From NCBI GenBank assembly GCA_030141605.1, contig JAQGDQ010000140.1, forward strand, positions 186,001 to 250,000: 64,000 nucleotides of DNA. The letters are read 5' to 3'. Positions 28,301 through 40,925 of the stretch are shown here, piece after piece. The notes under the pieces were generated by a model. It was not told where the DNA came from. It made no database searches and saw nothing but the letters and a program-made list of their open reading frames with translations. The stretch comes from Tubiluchus corallicola (Eukaryota; Animalia; Priapulida). The translations under genes and the position numbers were made by a program. Position 1 is the stretch's first letter; each line of letters begins with the position of its first letter.

Positions 28301-28730
28301 GTTAACAACTTTAAACATTTAAAATGCTCGTTGATTGTCAATAATATAAGTAAATAAAATGCAATACTTCAGAATAGCTGGGTGCAGACGGCTATTGAAA
28401 AATGGGAGGCTCGTCAAAGAACAAGCAAACTTTGTTTGGGGTGTTTAGGCACATTAACGGGAACGTTCATTTTCAATTCAGTATCATAAATCATGAAATT
28501 ATTTCAGATGTTGTTGTGTACGCATCATAAAAATATTGGAAACTGAAATGTGATTAACAAACAATGTAAAATATAACGATGTGATTAACAAACATGCACA
28601 TGCAAAACATAATGAATAAACTTAATTATGTTACACAATTCTAATTCAGCACAAATTTTGAACGAGAAAAAGAACCGGTTTCTGTGTGCCTTGACACCAA
28701 TATCAAGTTATCAGTTATTATCATTAATTA

Positions 28731-28969
28731 GTTAGATTATGACTGTGATTGCCAGAGTGTTTATAAACCATTGTGGTTTACTTTTCAGCAATTATTACTA
28801 ATCGCAGGTAATACTTCGGAGAAAGGAGATGCTGGAAAATTGTGGACAAGTCAGGACTTTTCAGCATAACCATTCTTTCTCCAACTCATTACCCACAATG
28901 GGTAATAAATGTTAAAAATTAAACAGCAATGGTCTATAAACACTCTGGCAATCACAGTCATAATCTAAC
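28731..28969. mobile_element. MITE with ~50-bp TIRs
   Basis: GTTAGATTATGACTGTGATTGCCAGAGTGTTTATA... and its reverse complement at 28920-28969; TA on both sides. Confidence 0.8.
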
Positions 28970-30428
28970 TAAATAAAGATATCGCTAGTAGCCAGGTAAC
29001 TTGAAAAAAGTGTTGTTGTCAGATCATCCTTGTCAAGTTCATAGCCTAACTTATATAAGCAATATGCGTTCTTATGCTCATACACCATAGTTATTGCTAG
29101 CCTATTCAAAAAAGTATAGAGAGACAAGTGAATGATGTCTTACTATCAAATTAATTGTGGGGAAATGCCTTTTTTAATTTTAAGGTCTATTGTAACCAAG
29201 CAGCACCATTAATTACTGGCCCACGATTTTAACAAATTTATAAATACATATACGGAATAAAATTTGTCATAAAAACAATCAAACCAGGGAAATTACCCCT
29301 CAAAATTAAGAAATTACAGAATTATATTATCGACTGAATTGTGGTCTAGTTTCAAAACTTGCAAAAAATGAGCAATTATTTTACATTCACAATTGAGACT
29401 ATATGATCTTAAGCTCATAGTACAAGTTACAAAATTTGATGACATTGCCTGGTGGTCAAGTTAAATGTATTAATGTATTAGAGTAATTTATTCGAAGCAC
29501 CATAGTGCTATGCACATAAAATTTTTTCACAAGTTTATATCAATGCCATCACACATACGAATATTGAACATGCCTAAGTGAAGTGATCGTATTTAACATG
29601 TATCCTATGATTTTGACTGACATAAGTTACCTAACCAGTAGAAACCCATTTTTTTAAAAAAACTACTAATTATGTCCATCGCTAACTGCAATGTCATAGC
29701 AAACAGTATTTCATTCTAAGAAATATCATTTATAGTCACCACTACATCTCATTATAAATTTAATCATGTGTACATCATATACTCTATTTATAAAATTCAA
29801 TACATTTCGTTCTACAGAGCTGTACATGCATTAACGTAATCATTTACAATTATAAAATTATCAATATCCTTTTACAGAATCAATTATAAAAGCTGATATC
29901 CTTGCAAAATAACCTAGTGTTCTGTAACATAATTATCTTGTTTTACAAGTTGTCTCTTTTCCATACTTAAGCTAAAGCTATTAACAATAGCGCAGAGATT
30001 ACGCCAATTGCGTTAAATTCACATTGTACAGGAATATACGTTATAAATGAGGACAGTAATTTTAAATTCACACACATGATCAGATTCAAGTTCTGGGAAA
30101 CAGAACTGTAGACACTTGCTGCTAACACTTTGTCATCATACAGCACTACTTTACTTAGTATTATCAAGCTAACTGCATGTCTCTGATGCTTTTTTTTGCT
30201 TGTACTCCCAACAACTTGTCTTATACCATATTACAATAAAGAACAAGACTAACCAAAGAGCATTTGTTATAAAACTCTGCAATACACATTTTTCCAAGAA
30301 GTTGCTCCATAGACAAGAAAATAAGAAATAAAAAATGGGAGTTTCTATACGCAGAAAGTTAGCAAGAGGCTTGCACAAGCAGGTCTGTACATTGTTCCTA
30401 ATCTGTTATTACAATGGCAGCAACAGGT

Positions 30429-32142
30429 TTATATGGTAAAATAAGGAAAATGATAATCAGGTGGAAATTGTGGCTGAAATTCCATGATTTGTGGTCTGTA
30501 GTCCGATGTCGGAAGTTGCGGCCGCAGATCAGGCCTGAATTCTGGCCGCAGATCAGGCCGAAAGTCCGGACGAATCTCAGCATGCGGAAACTGAGCCCTG
30601 ATTAAGCCAGGGTGTGGACCATGCTGTACCAGATTGGAGTGAGTCAAGTGTGGATGGGCTGGGGGTGGATGTGGATGAGACTCTGAATGTGGAGGTCGTG
30701 GTGGATGTGAAGGAGATTGTGTATGTGGAGGTAGAGCTGGAGCTGACGGTACTTGTGGCAACTGTGCTTTCAGCTCATATTGGGGCAATGCTGCTTCTAA
30801 TTGAGGTGGATGCTGTTTCTGTTCTAACTGGGGTTGACGGGGTTGAGGCGCTCGACGTGGCTTAACATCTGGTGTGCTATTAGCATGCGATTTCTCATGT
30901 TTTCTCATTTTGTCTTGCCGTGCAAATGCTAAACCACAAATACTGCAATTGTATGGCTTAAGACCAGTGTGTGTTAATGCATGTCTTCTCAAGTCACTTG
31001 ATGTCAGAAAAGCTTTTTCACATTTATCACATTTATGAGGTTTTTCGCCTGCATGATTTCTCATGTGTTTACTCAAACCGCTGGACGTTGCAAAAAGACC
31101 TCCACAAAGCTTGCATAAATACGGCTTTTCGCCAGTATGAACTCGTTTGTGCACTTTCAGAGATCCGGACTGTGTGAATCGATTACCACACTCGTCACAA
31201 ACGTACGGTTTCTCACCCGTGTGAGTTCTTTTGTGCACTATCAGCTTAGCTGCTATTTTGAAGTGAATACCGCACTCGTCGCACTGAAAATCTTTTTCTA
31301 AGGAATGGCTCCGTTTATGGCGTGCTAGCTTATCAGCTCGGGAGAATGTTGCCTTGCACACAGAGCAAGTGTATGGCTTCTCTTCACTGTGCGATCTTTT
31401 GTGAATTAGTAACTTATAGCGATTGTAATATTCCTTACTGCAAAGGTCACACTTAAATACTTCTTGAGGTTCTAGACCAGGAGGAGGGTGCCGAATTTGG
31501 ACGTGAGTTTTAAGGCTACTGTACGTGTAAAATATCTGATCACATTGCCTGCAATTAAATGGCTTCGACTCTGAATGAGTTTCAATGTGTTGTTTCAGTG
31601 CTAGTTTTCCCTTCATCTGCTCATCACATATCACACATTTGTACTCACTCATGTCATGGGAAGTTAACACGTGATGGTTAAACTCACTGGCAAGTAAAAA
31701 GGAAGAGTCGCATTGATCGCAATTAAACGGTTTGTCTCCGACATGGATATAATTATGACGCTGCAGTGCAATATTGTTTGGAAACACCAAGTCACACAGC
31801 TCACATTTAAACTGTGTGTGTTCGGGGTGCTTATCACTATAGTGTGAATTCAGGCACTTAAATGTGAAAAAGCTTTCATTGCACAACCTACAATCGTACG
31901 GTTTTTCGCCCGGGTGAATCTTAGCAATGTGACTGTTGAGCTTGTCACGACGTGCAAACGCAGCCTCACACTTAGTGCAAGCAAACGGTTTTTCTCCCGT
32001 GTGAGTTCTGATGTGCAGTTTGAGTGCATAGCTGCGTACAAACACGGCATCACACCAATCACATGTAAATGCTTTCTCTCCAGTTTTCTGTAAATCTTGG
32101 ACAATTTCCTCCAAGCCTATAGAAGCTGCAGCTGAAAGATGA
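30429..32142 (-). CDS. alternative terminal exon C of the multi-cassette zinc-finger gene: 14 C2H2 fingers plus Pro/His/Gln-rich tail
   Basis: No in-frame ATG at the start (ORF track uses TTG); acceptor ttttgttttcag| at 32142, phase 2, in frame with exon 40926-41018; predicted isoform 672 aa. Confidence 0.88.
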
Positions 32143-32524
32143 CTGAAAACAAAATAATTAGCGTGAATTTTCGAAAGAAATTAAAAACGAACAATTGGTA
32201 GCATTTAGTAATATTAATATGGTTGCTCTGCAACTGCGTGAAGAAAACTGTAGAAACTACTGTGCCATAACATACATAAAATCATCACTAGACGATAATA
32301 AAGTTTGAACTGGTTGTTTGCTATCTCACAATAGTTCGGCACTGATGCAAACGAGAGCAAACTTGCCATTTTTATCAAGACTGTATAATTCATATCACAA
32401 GATGCAATAGAGACAAAAGATAATATGTGATCACACAACACTCATGGAAGAAAATATCTCGCTTTTGGCTGTGCACATCCCATTATCAGGTGATCCAGAT
32501 GTAACGCAAAATACTATAGCAGAA

Positions 32525-32568
32525 TACATGTGATTGGTGCTGTGCCGTGTTTGGTACAAAGCTCTGCA
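32525..32568 (-). promoter_or_regulatory. intronic element complementary to the 5' end of cassette exons C and A
   Basis: Plus-strand TACATGTGATTGGTG (32525-32539) and TGCCGTGTTT (32543-32552) are exact reverse complements of 32053-32067 and 32040-32049. Confidence 0.6.
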
Positions 32569-32931
32569 ATAAGAAAAATGACTGGTACCAGTCATCATTA
32601 CATTAGTAAGTAGATCTTAATGTAAACAGTTGAATTTAACAACATTTCTAACTGCACTGGCACACAACTAAAGTAATATTACACATATTTTGATATAAAT
32701 CTAGTATTACTGTCAGTAACTGAAACAACATTCTTGTCAAGTAAACACACAGTGAATTACTATATAACCTTTACATAGTAACTAAGTCTAACTTTTACAC
32801 TGCATAGGAACAGTTAAATTTAAAAGCACCAAAGCAGCACAAAAGAAATGGGGAAGACTAATTGTTCCACACATTTTATTGTAACAGTGGCAGCTGCTAA
32901 ATTATTGCTTCTTGAACTAAACTGTAATGAT

Positions 32932-34561
32932 TTATATAGTGAAATAAGGAAAATGCGGATGGTAATCTGGAGGAAGTTGGGACTGCAATTCCAAGACTTG
33001 TGGTCTGTAGTCCGATGTTGGAACTTGTGGACGCATGTCCGGGCGGAGTTCGTGATGAGGGCGGATTTCTACTTGTTGGAACTGAGGCCTGATCATTTCG
33101 GCTTGTGAAATGTGTGGCGCAAATTCAGGAGGAGGAAAAGTAGGGTGTGGATGCATGTGAGCGGGCGCTGGCGGATGTGCAGGCTGTGACACCGGTGCTT
33201 TTATTTCGAACATTTGTGACTTCACCTCAAATTGAGGCGTACGTGAAGTGTGGCTTCGAGGAGCACGAGATTTAACCTCTGGGGTGCCGTTAACGTGAGA
33301 TTTTTCGTGCTTTCTCATTTTATCTTGCCGAGCAAATGCCAAACCACAGATACTGCAATTGTATGGCTTAAGACCTGTATGTGTTAATGCATGTCTTCTT
33401 AAGTCACTTGATGTAAGAAAAGCCTTCTCACACTTATCACATTTGTGTGGTTTTTCTCCAGCGTGATTTCTCATGTGTTTACTCAAGCCACTGGAAGTTG
33501 CAAAAAGACCCCCACAAAGCTTACACAAATACGGTTTTTCGCCTGTATGAACCCTTTTGTGCACCTTCAAAGATCCAGACTGAGTGAATCGATTACCGCA
33601 CAAGTCACAAACGTACGGTTTCTCACCAGTGTGCGTTCTCCTGTGCACAATCAATTTAGCTGCAATTTTAAAGCGAAGTCCGCAGTCTTCGCACTGGTAA
33701 TCTTTGACAGAAGAGTGAGTTTTCTTATGACGGGCTAGCTTGTCACTACGAGCGAATCTTGCAGAGCATTCATCACAAGGATAGGGCCTTTCACCGGTGT
33801 GAGAACGTTGGTGCACCAGCAACTTGTACCGATGAAAATACTCTTTGTTGCACAGTTCACACTTGTACACTTCTTGAGGTTCTTGACCAGGAGGTGGATG
33901 ACGAAGCTGCACATGCGTCTTGAGGTTACTGTACGTGTAATATACATCCTCAGTGTCAACACAGTGCTTACACTTGAAAGGTTTCTCGTCAGCATGAGTA
34001 TCTATGTGCTGCCGCATGGATACTTTACCGCTCAACTGTTCATCACATATTACACACTTAAACTGGCTTAAATCGTGTGCATTCTTTACATGAGCATTAT
34101 ACTTAGACAGTCTCACAAAGGAGGCATCGCATTGGTCACAGTTATATGGCCTACTCCCACTATGCGTATAACTGTGACGTTGCAAAGCCGTTTTACTCGG
34201 AAACCCTTGTTCGCACAAGTCACATTTGTACAACGCATGCTCAGGATGTGTAGCATTATGATGTATGTTCAGGGCTTTAAACGTGTAAAATGCTTCGTTA
34301 CAAAACTTGCACTCGTACGGTTTCTCGCCTGGATGAACCTTAGTAATGTGATTGTTGAGTTTGTCACGACGAGCAAATGTTGCATCGCATTTGCTACAAG
34401 CGTGCGGTTTTTCTCCTGTGTGAGTTCTGATGTGCAGCTTTAGTGCATAGCTGCGTGAAAACACGGCATCGCAAAAATCACACGAAAATGTCTCTTCACC
34501 GGTTTTCTGCAAATCCTGTACAATTTCCTCCAATCCAAAAGCAGCTGCGGCTGAAAGAGGA
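32932..34561 (-). CDS. alternative terminal exon B: 14 C2H2 fingers plus Pro-rich tail
   Basis: Acceptor ttcctttcag| at 34561, phase 2, (S)PLSAAAAFGLEEIVQDLQKTGE; predicted isoform 644 aa; the ORF extension to 34704 is intronic. Confidence 0.88.
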
Positions 34562-34959
34562 CTGAAAGGAACAAAAACTCTGTAACTAAGTGGTTTTACA
34601 ATACGTTCTCTGAAGGAGCTACACCCAAAAATTAAAAAAATATGGCGAACAAATAAAATATTTTTGCTGTTTTTGTTGGCAAAACCACGTTGGTTAGCAA
34701 TCAACTATCTCCATTACTGTCCTCTAATGTATCAACAAATCTCTGAAAATTAAAGTGGCAGTAAACATTTAAGACGTTAAATACAAAACGAGCAAATTTT
34801 ATGATTTGTGACATTCGATCAATCTTTTATCAGCACATAACAATCAAATACCTATGTAATATTTGTACAGGAGGTCAATTAGCTTATGTTAATCTACAAG
34901 GACATCAACGACAATGTCAACTTGGATTTTTTTGTTCACAAAAGAGTGAACACAACATA

Positions 34960-34993
34960 CAGAAAACCGGAGTTGTGCGATGCCGTGTTTGTA
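34960..34993 (-). promoter_or_regulatory. intronic element complementary to the 5' end of cassette exons B and A/C
   Basis: CAGAAAACCGG (34960-34970) and TGCGATGCCGTGTTT (34976-34990) are exact reverse complements of 34499-34509 and 34459-34473, in nested order. Confidence 0.6.
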
Positions 34994-35609
34994 ATCCGCT
35001 TTGTAGCCAGTTTGCGGAACCACATAATAAACAAGCCATCAAAAAAATCAGAACGGACAAATGTACACGTCACTAGCAGTGTCCAGTTTGAAATTTATTA
35101 ACTAAGATGCACCTTACACTATCAGTCACCCAAACAACATTCATAATTCTAGTTATCATCAAAGTCATCTTCAAATCAACTAATATTGCAATTTGAACAA
35201 ATTTCGATGATTAGCAAAGACTTCTAAAATCATTTTCATACTTAATTCAATTGCTTAAAAGAACAGAGAAATAGTTACTTAAAAATGGAAATATAAATTA
35301 CCTAATGGACTAGACTAGAATGGCTGAAAAATTTTTCAGTTTACTATTGTTAATGAATTTAAAAGAATTCCATAATTTGTGCAACCAAAAAATCTTTATG
35401 CACTAACAAAGATAAGCTGGCTGAAACAATATGCATGAGGCGCAACCAAATTAATTGGCCCTCTTAAGTAATTATATTCGACAAATTATGTGTGAAAAGC
35501 TCATTATTATATGAAAGAAAGCTATTAAATGTACAAAATTTATACAGCAATAAAATCCATCTCTGAATTACAATGCACTGTTCTTACAATAACTTAGTAA
35601 ATATACAAT

Positions 35610-37248
35610 TTAAATTGTAAAATAAGGGAAATGTGGGTGGTAATCTGGGGGAAGTTGGGGTTGTAACTCCATAATTTGGGGTCTGTAGTCTGATGGTTGA
35701 ATCTGAGGAGGCCTAAGATCCGGTCGGAGCTCATGGGGGTGGCGGAGATCAGGGCGGATCTCCGGCTGAGTAAACTGAGGTCTGATCATTTCTGGCTGTG
35801 AGTTTTGCTGCTGCATAAGCTCTGGGTGTGAAAGGTGTGGATGAGAAAGAGGGTGAGGTGGAGGTGGCGGAAGTTGCTGCGGATGTGATACTTGTGGTTG
35901 TTTGATTTCAAACTGGGGTTTGACCTCAAAGCGAGGAGGGCGCGGAGCAAGGTTACGAGGAGCACGAGGTTTAAAGTCTGGTCCGCCATTGATGTGTGAC
36001 TTCTCGTGTTTTCTCATTTTGTCTTGTCGTGCAAATGCTAAACCACAGTGACTGCATTTAAAAGGCTTAAGACCTGTATGTGTTAATGCATGCCTTCTTA
36101 AATCACTCGACGTTAGAAAAGCTTTTTCACATTTATCACATTTGTGAGGTTTTTCTCCCGCGTGATTTCTCATGTGTTTTCCTAAACCACTAGAAGTTGC
36201 AAAAAGACCTCCGCAAAGCTTACACAAATATGGTTTTTCTCCAGTGTGAGTTCTCTTGTGAACTTTAAGCGATCCGGACTGTGTGAATCTATTACCGCAC
36301 AGGTCGCACACAAATGGTTTCTCGCCTGTGTGAGTTCTTTTGTGTACGATTAACCTAGCTCCCACCTTGAACCTAATTCCGCATTCGTCGCATTGAAAAT
36401 CCTTCTCAGAGGAGTGCATTTTCTTGTGCGAAGCCAGTTTATCACTGCGAGCAAAGCTAGAAGGGCATTCGTCACAATGGTACGGCTTCTCACCTGTGTG
36501 AGAACGCTGATGTACCAATAGCTTGTAGCGATTGTAATATTCCTTGTTGCAAAGCTCGCATCTAAACACCTCCTGAGGTGTCTGTCCGGGAGGGGGGTGC
36601 CGTACCTGGACGTGAGTTTTAAGACTGCTGTAAGTGTAAAATATGTCTTCACAGTCTTTACATTTAAACGGCTTGCTGTCCGCATGGGTTTCAACATGCT
36701 GCTTCAGTGCTAATTTGCCTTTAAGTTGCTCGTTGCAAATTATACAGGTGAATTGATTCGTTTCGTGTGCTAACTTATGTGCATTGAATTTTGAGGCCTG
36801 TGCAAATGAGCTATCACACAGATCACAATTAAATGGTTTTTCACCAGTGTGATGAAGGCTATGACGCTGCAGGGCATTTTTGTTAGGAAATCCTTGATCG
36901 CAAGAGTCACATTTGTAAAGAGAATGTTCCGGATGCTTATCATTGTGGTGCGCATTCAGGCACCTAAATGTATAAAACGTTTCGTCGCAAAACTTGCAAT
37001 CGTATGGCTTCTCTCCCGGATGAACCTTAGAAATGTGATTGTTCAGTTTATCACGACGAGCAAACGCAGCCTCACACTTAGTGCAAGCAAACGGTTTTTC
37101 TCCTGTGTGAGTTCTGATGTGCAGTTTGAGTGCATAGCTGCGTACAAACACGGCATCACACCAATCACATGTAAATGCTTTCTCTCCAGTTTTCTGTAAA
37201 TCTTGGACAATTTCCTCCAAGCCTATAGCAGCTGCAGCTGAAAGATGA
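35610..37248 (-). CDS. alternative terminal exon A: 14 C2H2 fingers plus Pro/Gln-rich tail
   Basis: Acceptor ttttcgtttcag| at 37248, phase 2, (S)HLSAAAAIGLEEIVQDLQKTGE; predicted isoform 647 aa. Confidence 0.9.
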
Positions 37249-37997
37249 CTGAAACGAAAATAATCAATAAGAAAAATCTAAAATGCAGCGAAAATCTAAT
37301 GTCACCACCTGAATCCTAGGAACTTGAAAAATCCTGCCTGAAAAGTATGTAGGACACTAAAAAGCACATTGGTTTATTATTTTTTATACTCTTAATTAAT
37401 TCTAGAAATGATTTTACTATCCAAGGGAAAAATTGAATTTGATATACTGCTTAATCAACTGGTGCTTTTCTCTTTAAACATATCAGACCACCGGATGAAA
37501 GCATTTCCAAAAAATGTAGCTAGCAATGACTGATAAATTGCTAGTGAAAATTCATGATAGTTTAAATAAGTACTAAGGTATTAAGTTTTTATACTTGGAC
37601 GACAACATGCTAACTTTAAGCAGAAAATTGCAAAATATTCGAAAAAAATGCACTGGAAAAAATGCATCAAAAATCATTCATTGCCAAAGTATGAATATAA
37701 AAGTATGTTTTGATAAAAATACAAGCAGCAGTGTTTGTAAAACGAGTGAAATGCTTGTAAAATTGCTTGCTGCACATAGTAAAAGCATTAGCCTTGCTAA
37801 AATAAATTGGAAAAGGATTCAGTGCAAAATTGTTAAATATTGTCTGCACTCCGACAATTACTGAAAAAGTTGGTCTTTATTTTCATACAATTTTGCTCAT
37901 AAATAAAAAACATGAAACAATAATTAATACATCACACGTGCCGTATTGATTGCCAAAAAACCAGTACATTTTTAAAATAGGTAGACTAAGCCCAAAG

Positions 37998-38320
37998 TAC
38001 TGATTTTGGATGTTAAAAACCTTCAAAGTTACATGAGGTGGCGATATGCTGCAGATTTTGATGGTCGACCTTAGGGTGCTTGTCCAAACGTTCTTGCAGA
38101 AAAGAAAGGTTTTGCTTTGATTTGCTTGGTTTTTGCACTCCTTGTAAAAAAAACCAGAAAGATGAGCATACACGATGAAGGGTGCAAAAGCCAGGCAAAG
38201 CAAAACCTTGCTTTTCTGCCAGAGTGTTTGGACAAGCACTCTAAGTTCAACAAGCAAGATCTGCAGAACAATGCTACTTCACATAACTTTGGAGACTCTT
38301 TTACCCATCCAAAATCAGTA
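37998..38320. mobile_element. foldback element / long imperfect palindrome
   Basis: Arms about 37998-38143 and 38178-38320 are reverse complements (e.g. GTGCTTGTCCAAAC / GTTTGGACAAGCAC), loop about 35 nt. Confidence 0.8.
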
Positions 38321-38477
38321 AATTATTGTTTTCAAATAGGCATCTTTGCTTTAGCTTTAAGTAACTAATCCCATAAAAATTGCACAATGTTACTCATTTT
38401 GAGGAAAAAACGTGAAAATTTAATCACTCGGTATTTTCATCCCTTCATCACGGAAAATCAGTAAGAATACGTTTGCA

Positions 38478-38593
38478 TCTATATATTAATTCTCTTGGTA
38501 TGGGCTTAATATACATATAAGATTCGAGGCTACAGCTCGGACGACGGCACCATTTGTGGAGATCTATACATCAAACGAAAGATCTCGATCTAG
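38478..38593 (+). mobile_element. short Helitron-like element
   Basis: A|TC ... CTAG|T termini; similar to 3700-3820. Confidence 0.65.
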
Positions 38594-39094
38594 TATATAA
38601 ATAAAAAGGGTTGTACGTTTATCAATGGCCAATACAAAAAGCATACTAAATCAAGATCTTACTCTTATTTAGAATTCTGTGATGAAAATGCGGTGCAAAA
38701 CACTATATGCAAAACGTTAAAAATGATGTGGATATCTTGATGCATTAAAAACGTTTGAAAAAAGTTTTTTCATTGACTCACTGACTCTGTTCTAATTTCT
38801 GGTCACTGATTAAGCATTTGAAGAACAATCAGATCAATTCAGGTTATCACAAAACCTAATTTCAGGTAGATTCTAATAAAAAAATCTGTGTTCAACACTC
38901 AATATGGAAAATCTCAGACACGAACAAGGTGCTTAGCCATAACTTAAGGACAGTGACAAAGTCAAAGCGCATCAAGTGATAGGAAACTCACAATACGTCA
39001 CACATAAATAAAGTGTTTATTTATTTAATTCACAGTTTGATACAGCTCCTCTACAAATATAATCTTCGAATATAACTTTTTATCGCACGTTTAC

Positions 39095-39951
39095 TAGGTA
39101 TGTCACGAAACTCCGACAGAACAGGAGAAATCGAATCCGAATTGAAGCATTAATTCAATTCGATCCGTCTGCGTTACCTTAGGTCTGATCGGATTCGGCA
39201 CAAACTTTTAGAAAATATCCAGTTTAGCCTCGGTTGCAAAGACGATTCAGTGGCGGTTTATTATAAAAGCATTATATATCTCATTTATCTTTAAACTTTT
39301 TTTGCAAAATCCAGAAATCGCTGCCTTTTTTTGATAATTTTGTCTTATTGAAACATGTCAATGGCGCCATGTTCACTTTCAGCATGTGTCAAACTTATGA
39401 AATCCCCTGCAAAAGCATGCACGCATTACGGTTTTTACTGCTAGTTGCAAAAAACGCTAAGATTTTTTGTGCTACTTTGACAGAATGTGGTTTTCGCTAA
39501 CTAAAGCTTAAATGAACATAGTTTTTTTGTCATCCACATTACACAGACTCGGTAAAAACAAGGAATTTTTTGACTAACTGATCATTTTATATTGTTAGTC
39601 ACCAGCAGAAAAAATCTGTTACTGAATAATTAGATCATCTATATTCTTTATTATTGCAGAATTACTGTCACACGTGCTGCTCAGACAGGTCACCTGTAAT
39701 CTTTGTGAAAAACACTGCTGTCTTACCAATCTGCCTTAGTTTAGTTGGAAACTGGGTAGATTCAAATAAGATTCAGCTCAAAGAACTATCAGAAAAACTG
39801 AGATTACAATTCGATTCGGTTGTGAAAATTATTTTAAACTGAGATTTGGATTCAATCAGGATTCGAAAATTATTTTAAACTGGCTTTCAGAATCAAAAAT
39901 TATCATAAAATGAGATCCAGATTCTGTAATTTCAGATTCGTGACATGCTTA
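39095..39951. mobile_element. hAT-like non-autonomous element with GATTC/GAATC subterminal repeats
   Basis: TAGGTATGTCACGAA ... TTCGTGACATGCTTA imperfect TIRs; no clear TSD. Confidence 0.65.
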
Positions 39952-40925
39952 CCAAGCAACTTAAACTTGGTTGCACAAGCTTAGCTGAAAGCTTGGGAAC
40001 CTTTTTTAAATAAAAACCCCAAAAGAAAGTTAAAATACAGCAAAAATTCTGTAAAAATTAGAAATGTTAGCATGCATGATGTAAGGTACATGCAGTATAC
40101 TGTGCAAACTGTAAATGCAAAGAAAGCTGAAAGATTCATAATTATAACGACTGATGATTACAAATGAAATATTTAAGAATTTTTGTTATTTTGGCATATT
40201 AACGATTAGCAATGGCTGATTTTCTGCATTAAAGCATATACAATTTTTACCCATTCATATATGAAATTCCTTGAAAGATGCTAAGCAGATCTAAAAGAAT
40301 TTCAGTCTGAGCCCTGCTAATGACATCTCTGTTATTTGGTAGACCTGAAGAGACCCACAGAGCCACTGTTTTGCAGAAAAACCACACTGGCACTATACTG
40401 TTGAGGAAGGAATAAACATCCAAATAATGCTAAGGCACCTCTACTGGTTCAGTATCTTGTACAACAGAAGTTTACCTTCAAATGACAATGAGTAACAGTC
40501 CGGTCCCACCACAGACAATTGCCATTAATACGAGGCCCAGTCAAACTGCCATGATGTACTAGATTTTGGTTTGCAGTTCGATGAATCGTATGGAAAGTAA
40601 ATCTTATTTCACTACGAAATGGGCCTGCTTATTGAAGTAATCATAATAAATATAGCATTTTTAGTCATAATAACAAAACAAATTCCACAATTTTTTTGAG
40701 TTAGTTACACAGAAAAATGCAAGAGCCACATCAAAAACCTTTCATTGCTGTGTGTTGTAGCACATGGTACGCCACATTTTCTTGGTAGCAAGTACAGTTT
40801 AAAGCAAGGCGATTAGTCTATGAAATACAATATCAAATAAGCTGCAAAATAATCAAGTATGGTGCATGTTGTCACATGTTACCCTATGTCAAAATTTTGC
40901 GAACTCCACAGCAATTAATTTGTAC

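Noticed and set aside
34562-34704. N-terminal extension of the 590-aa ORF
   Set aside because: Lies upstream of the conserved acceptor, has no counterpart in cassettes A and C and starts at a non-ATG codon; intronic
30614-37199. Many antisense and alternative-frame ORFs over the zinc-finger exons
   Set aside because: Shadow ORFs of long coding exons
37237-37238. Second AG (CTTTCAG) 11 nt inside each cassette as the true acceptor
   Set aside because: Would need a phase-1 upstream exon, which I could not find; joined to the phase-2 shared exon it frameshifts
39178-39370. Possible alternative first exon (ATGGCG motif, AAG|GTAACG donor)
   Set aside because: Lies inside the hAT-like element 39095-39951, and the ATG frame stops after 29 codons; no support without transcripts
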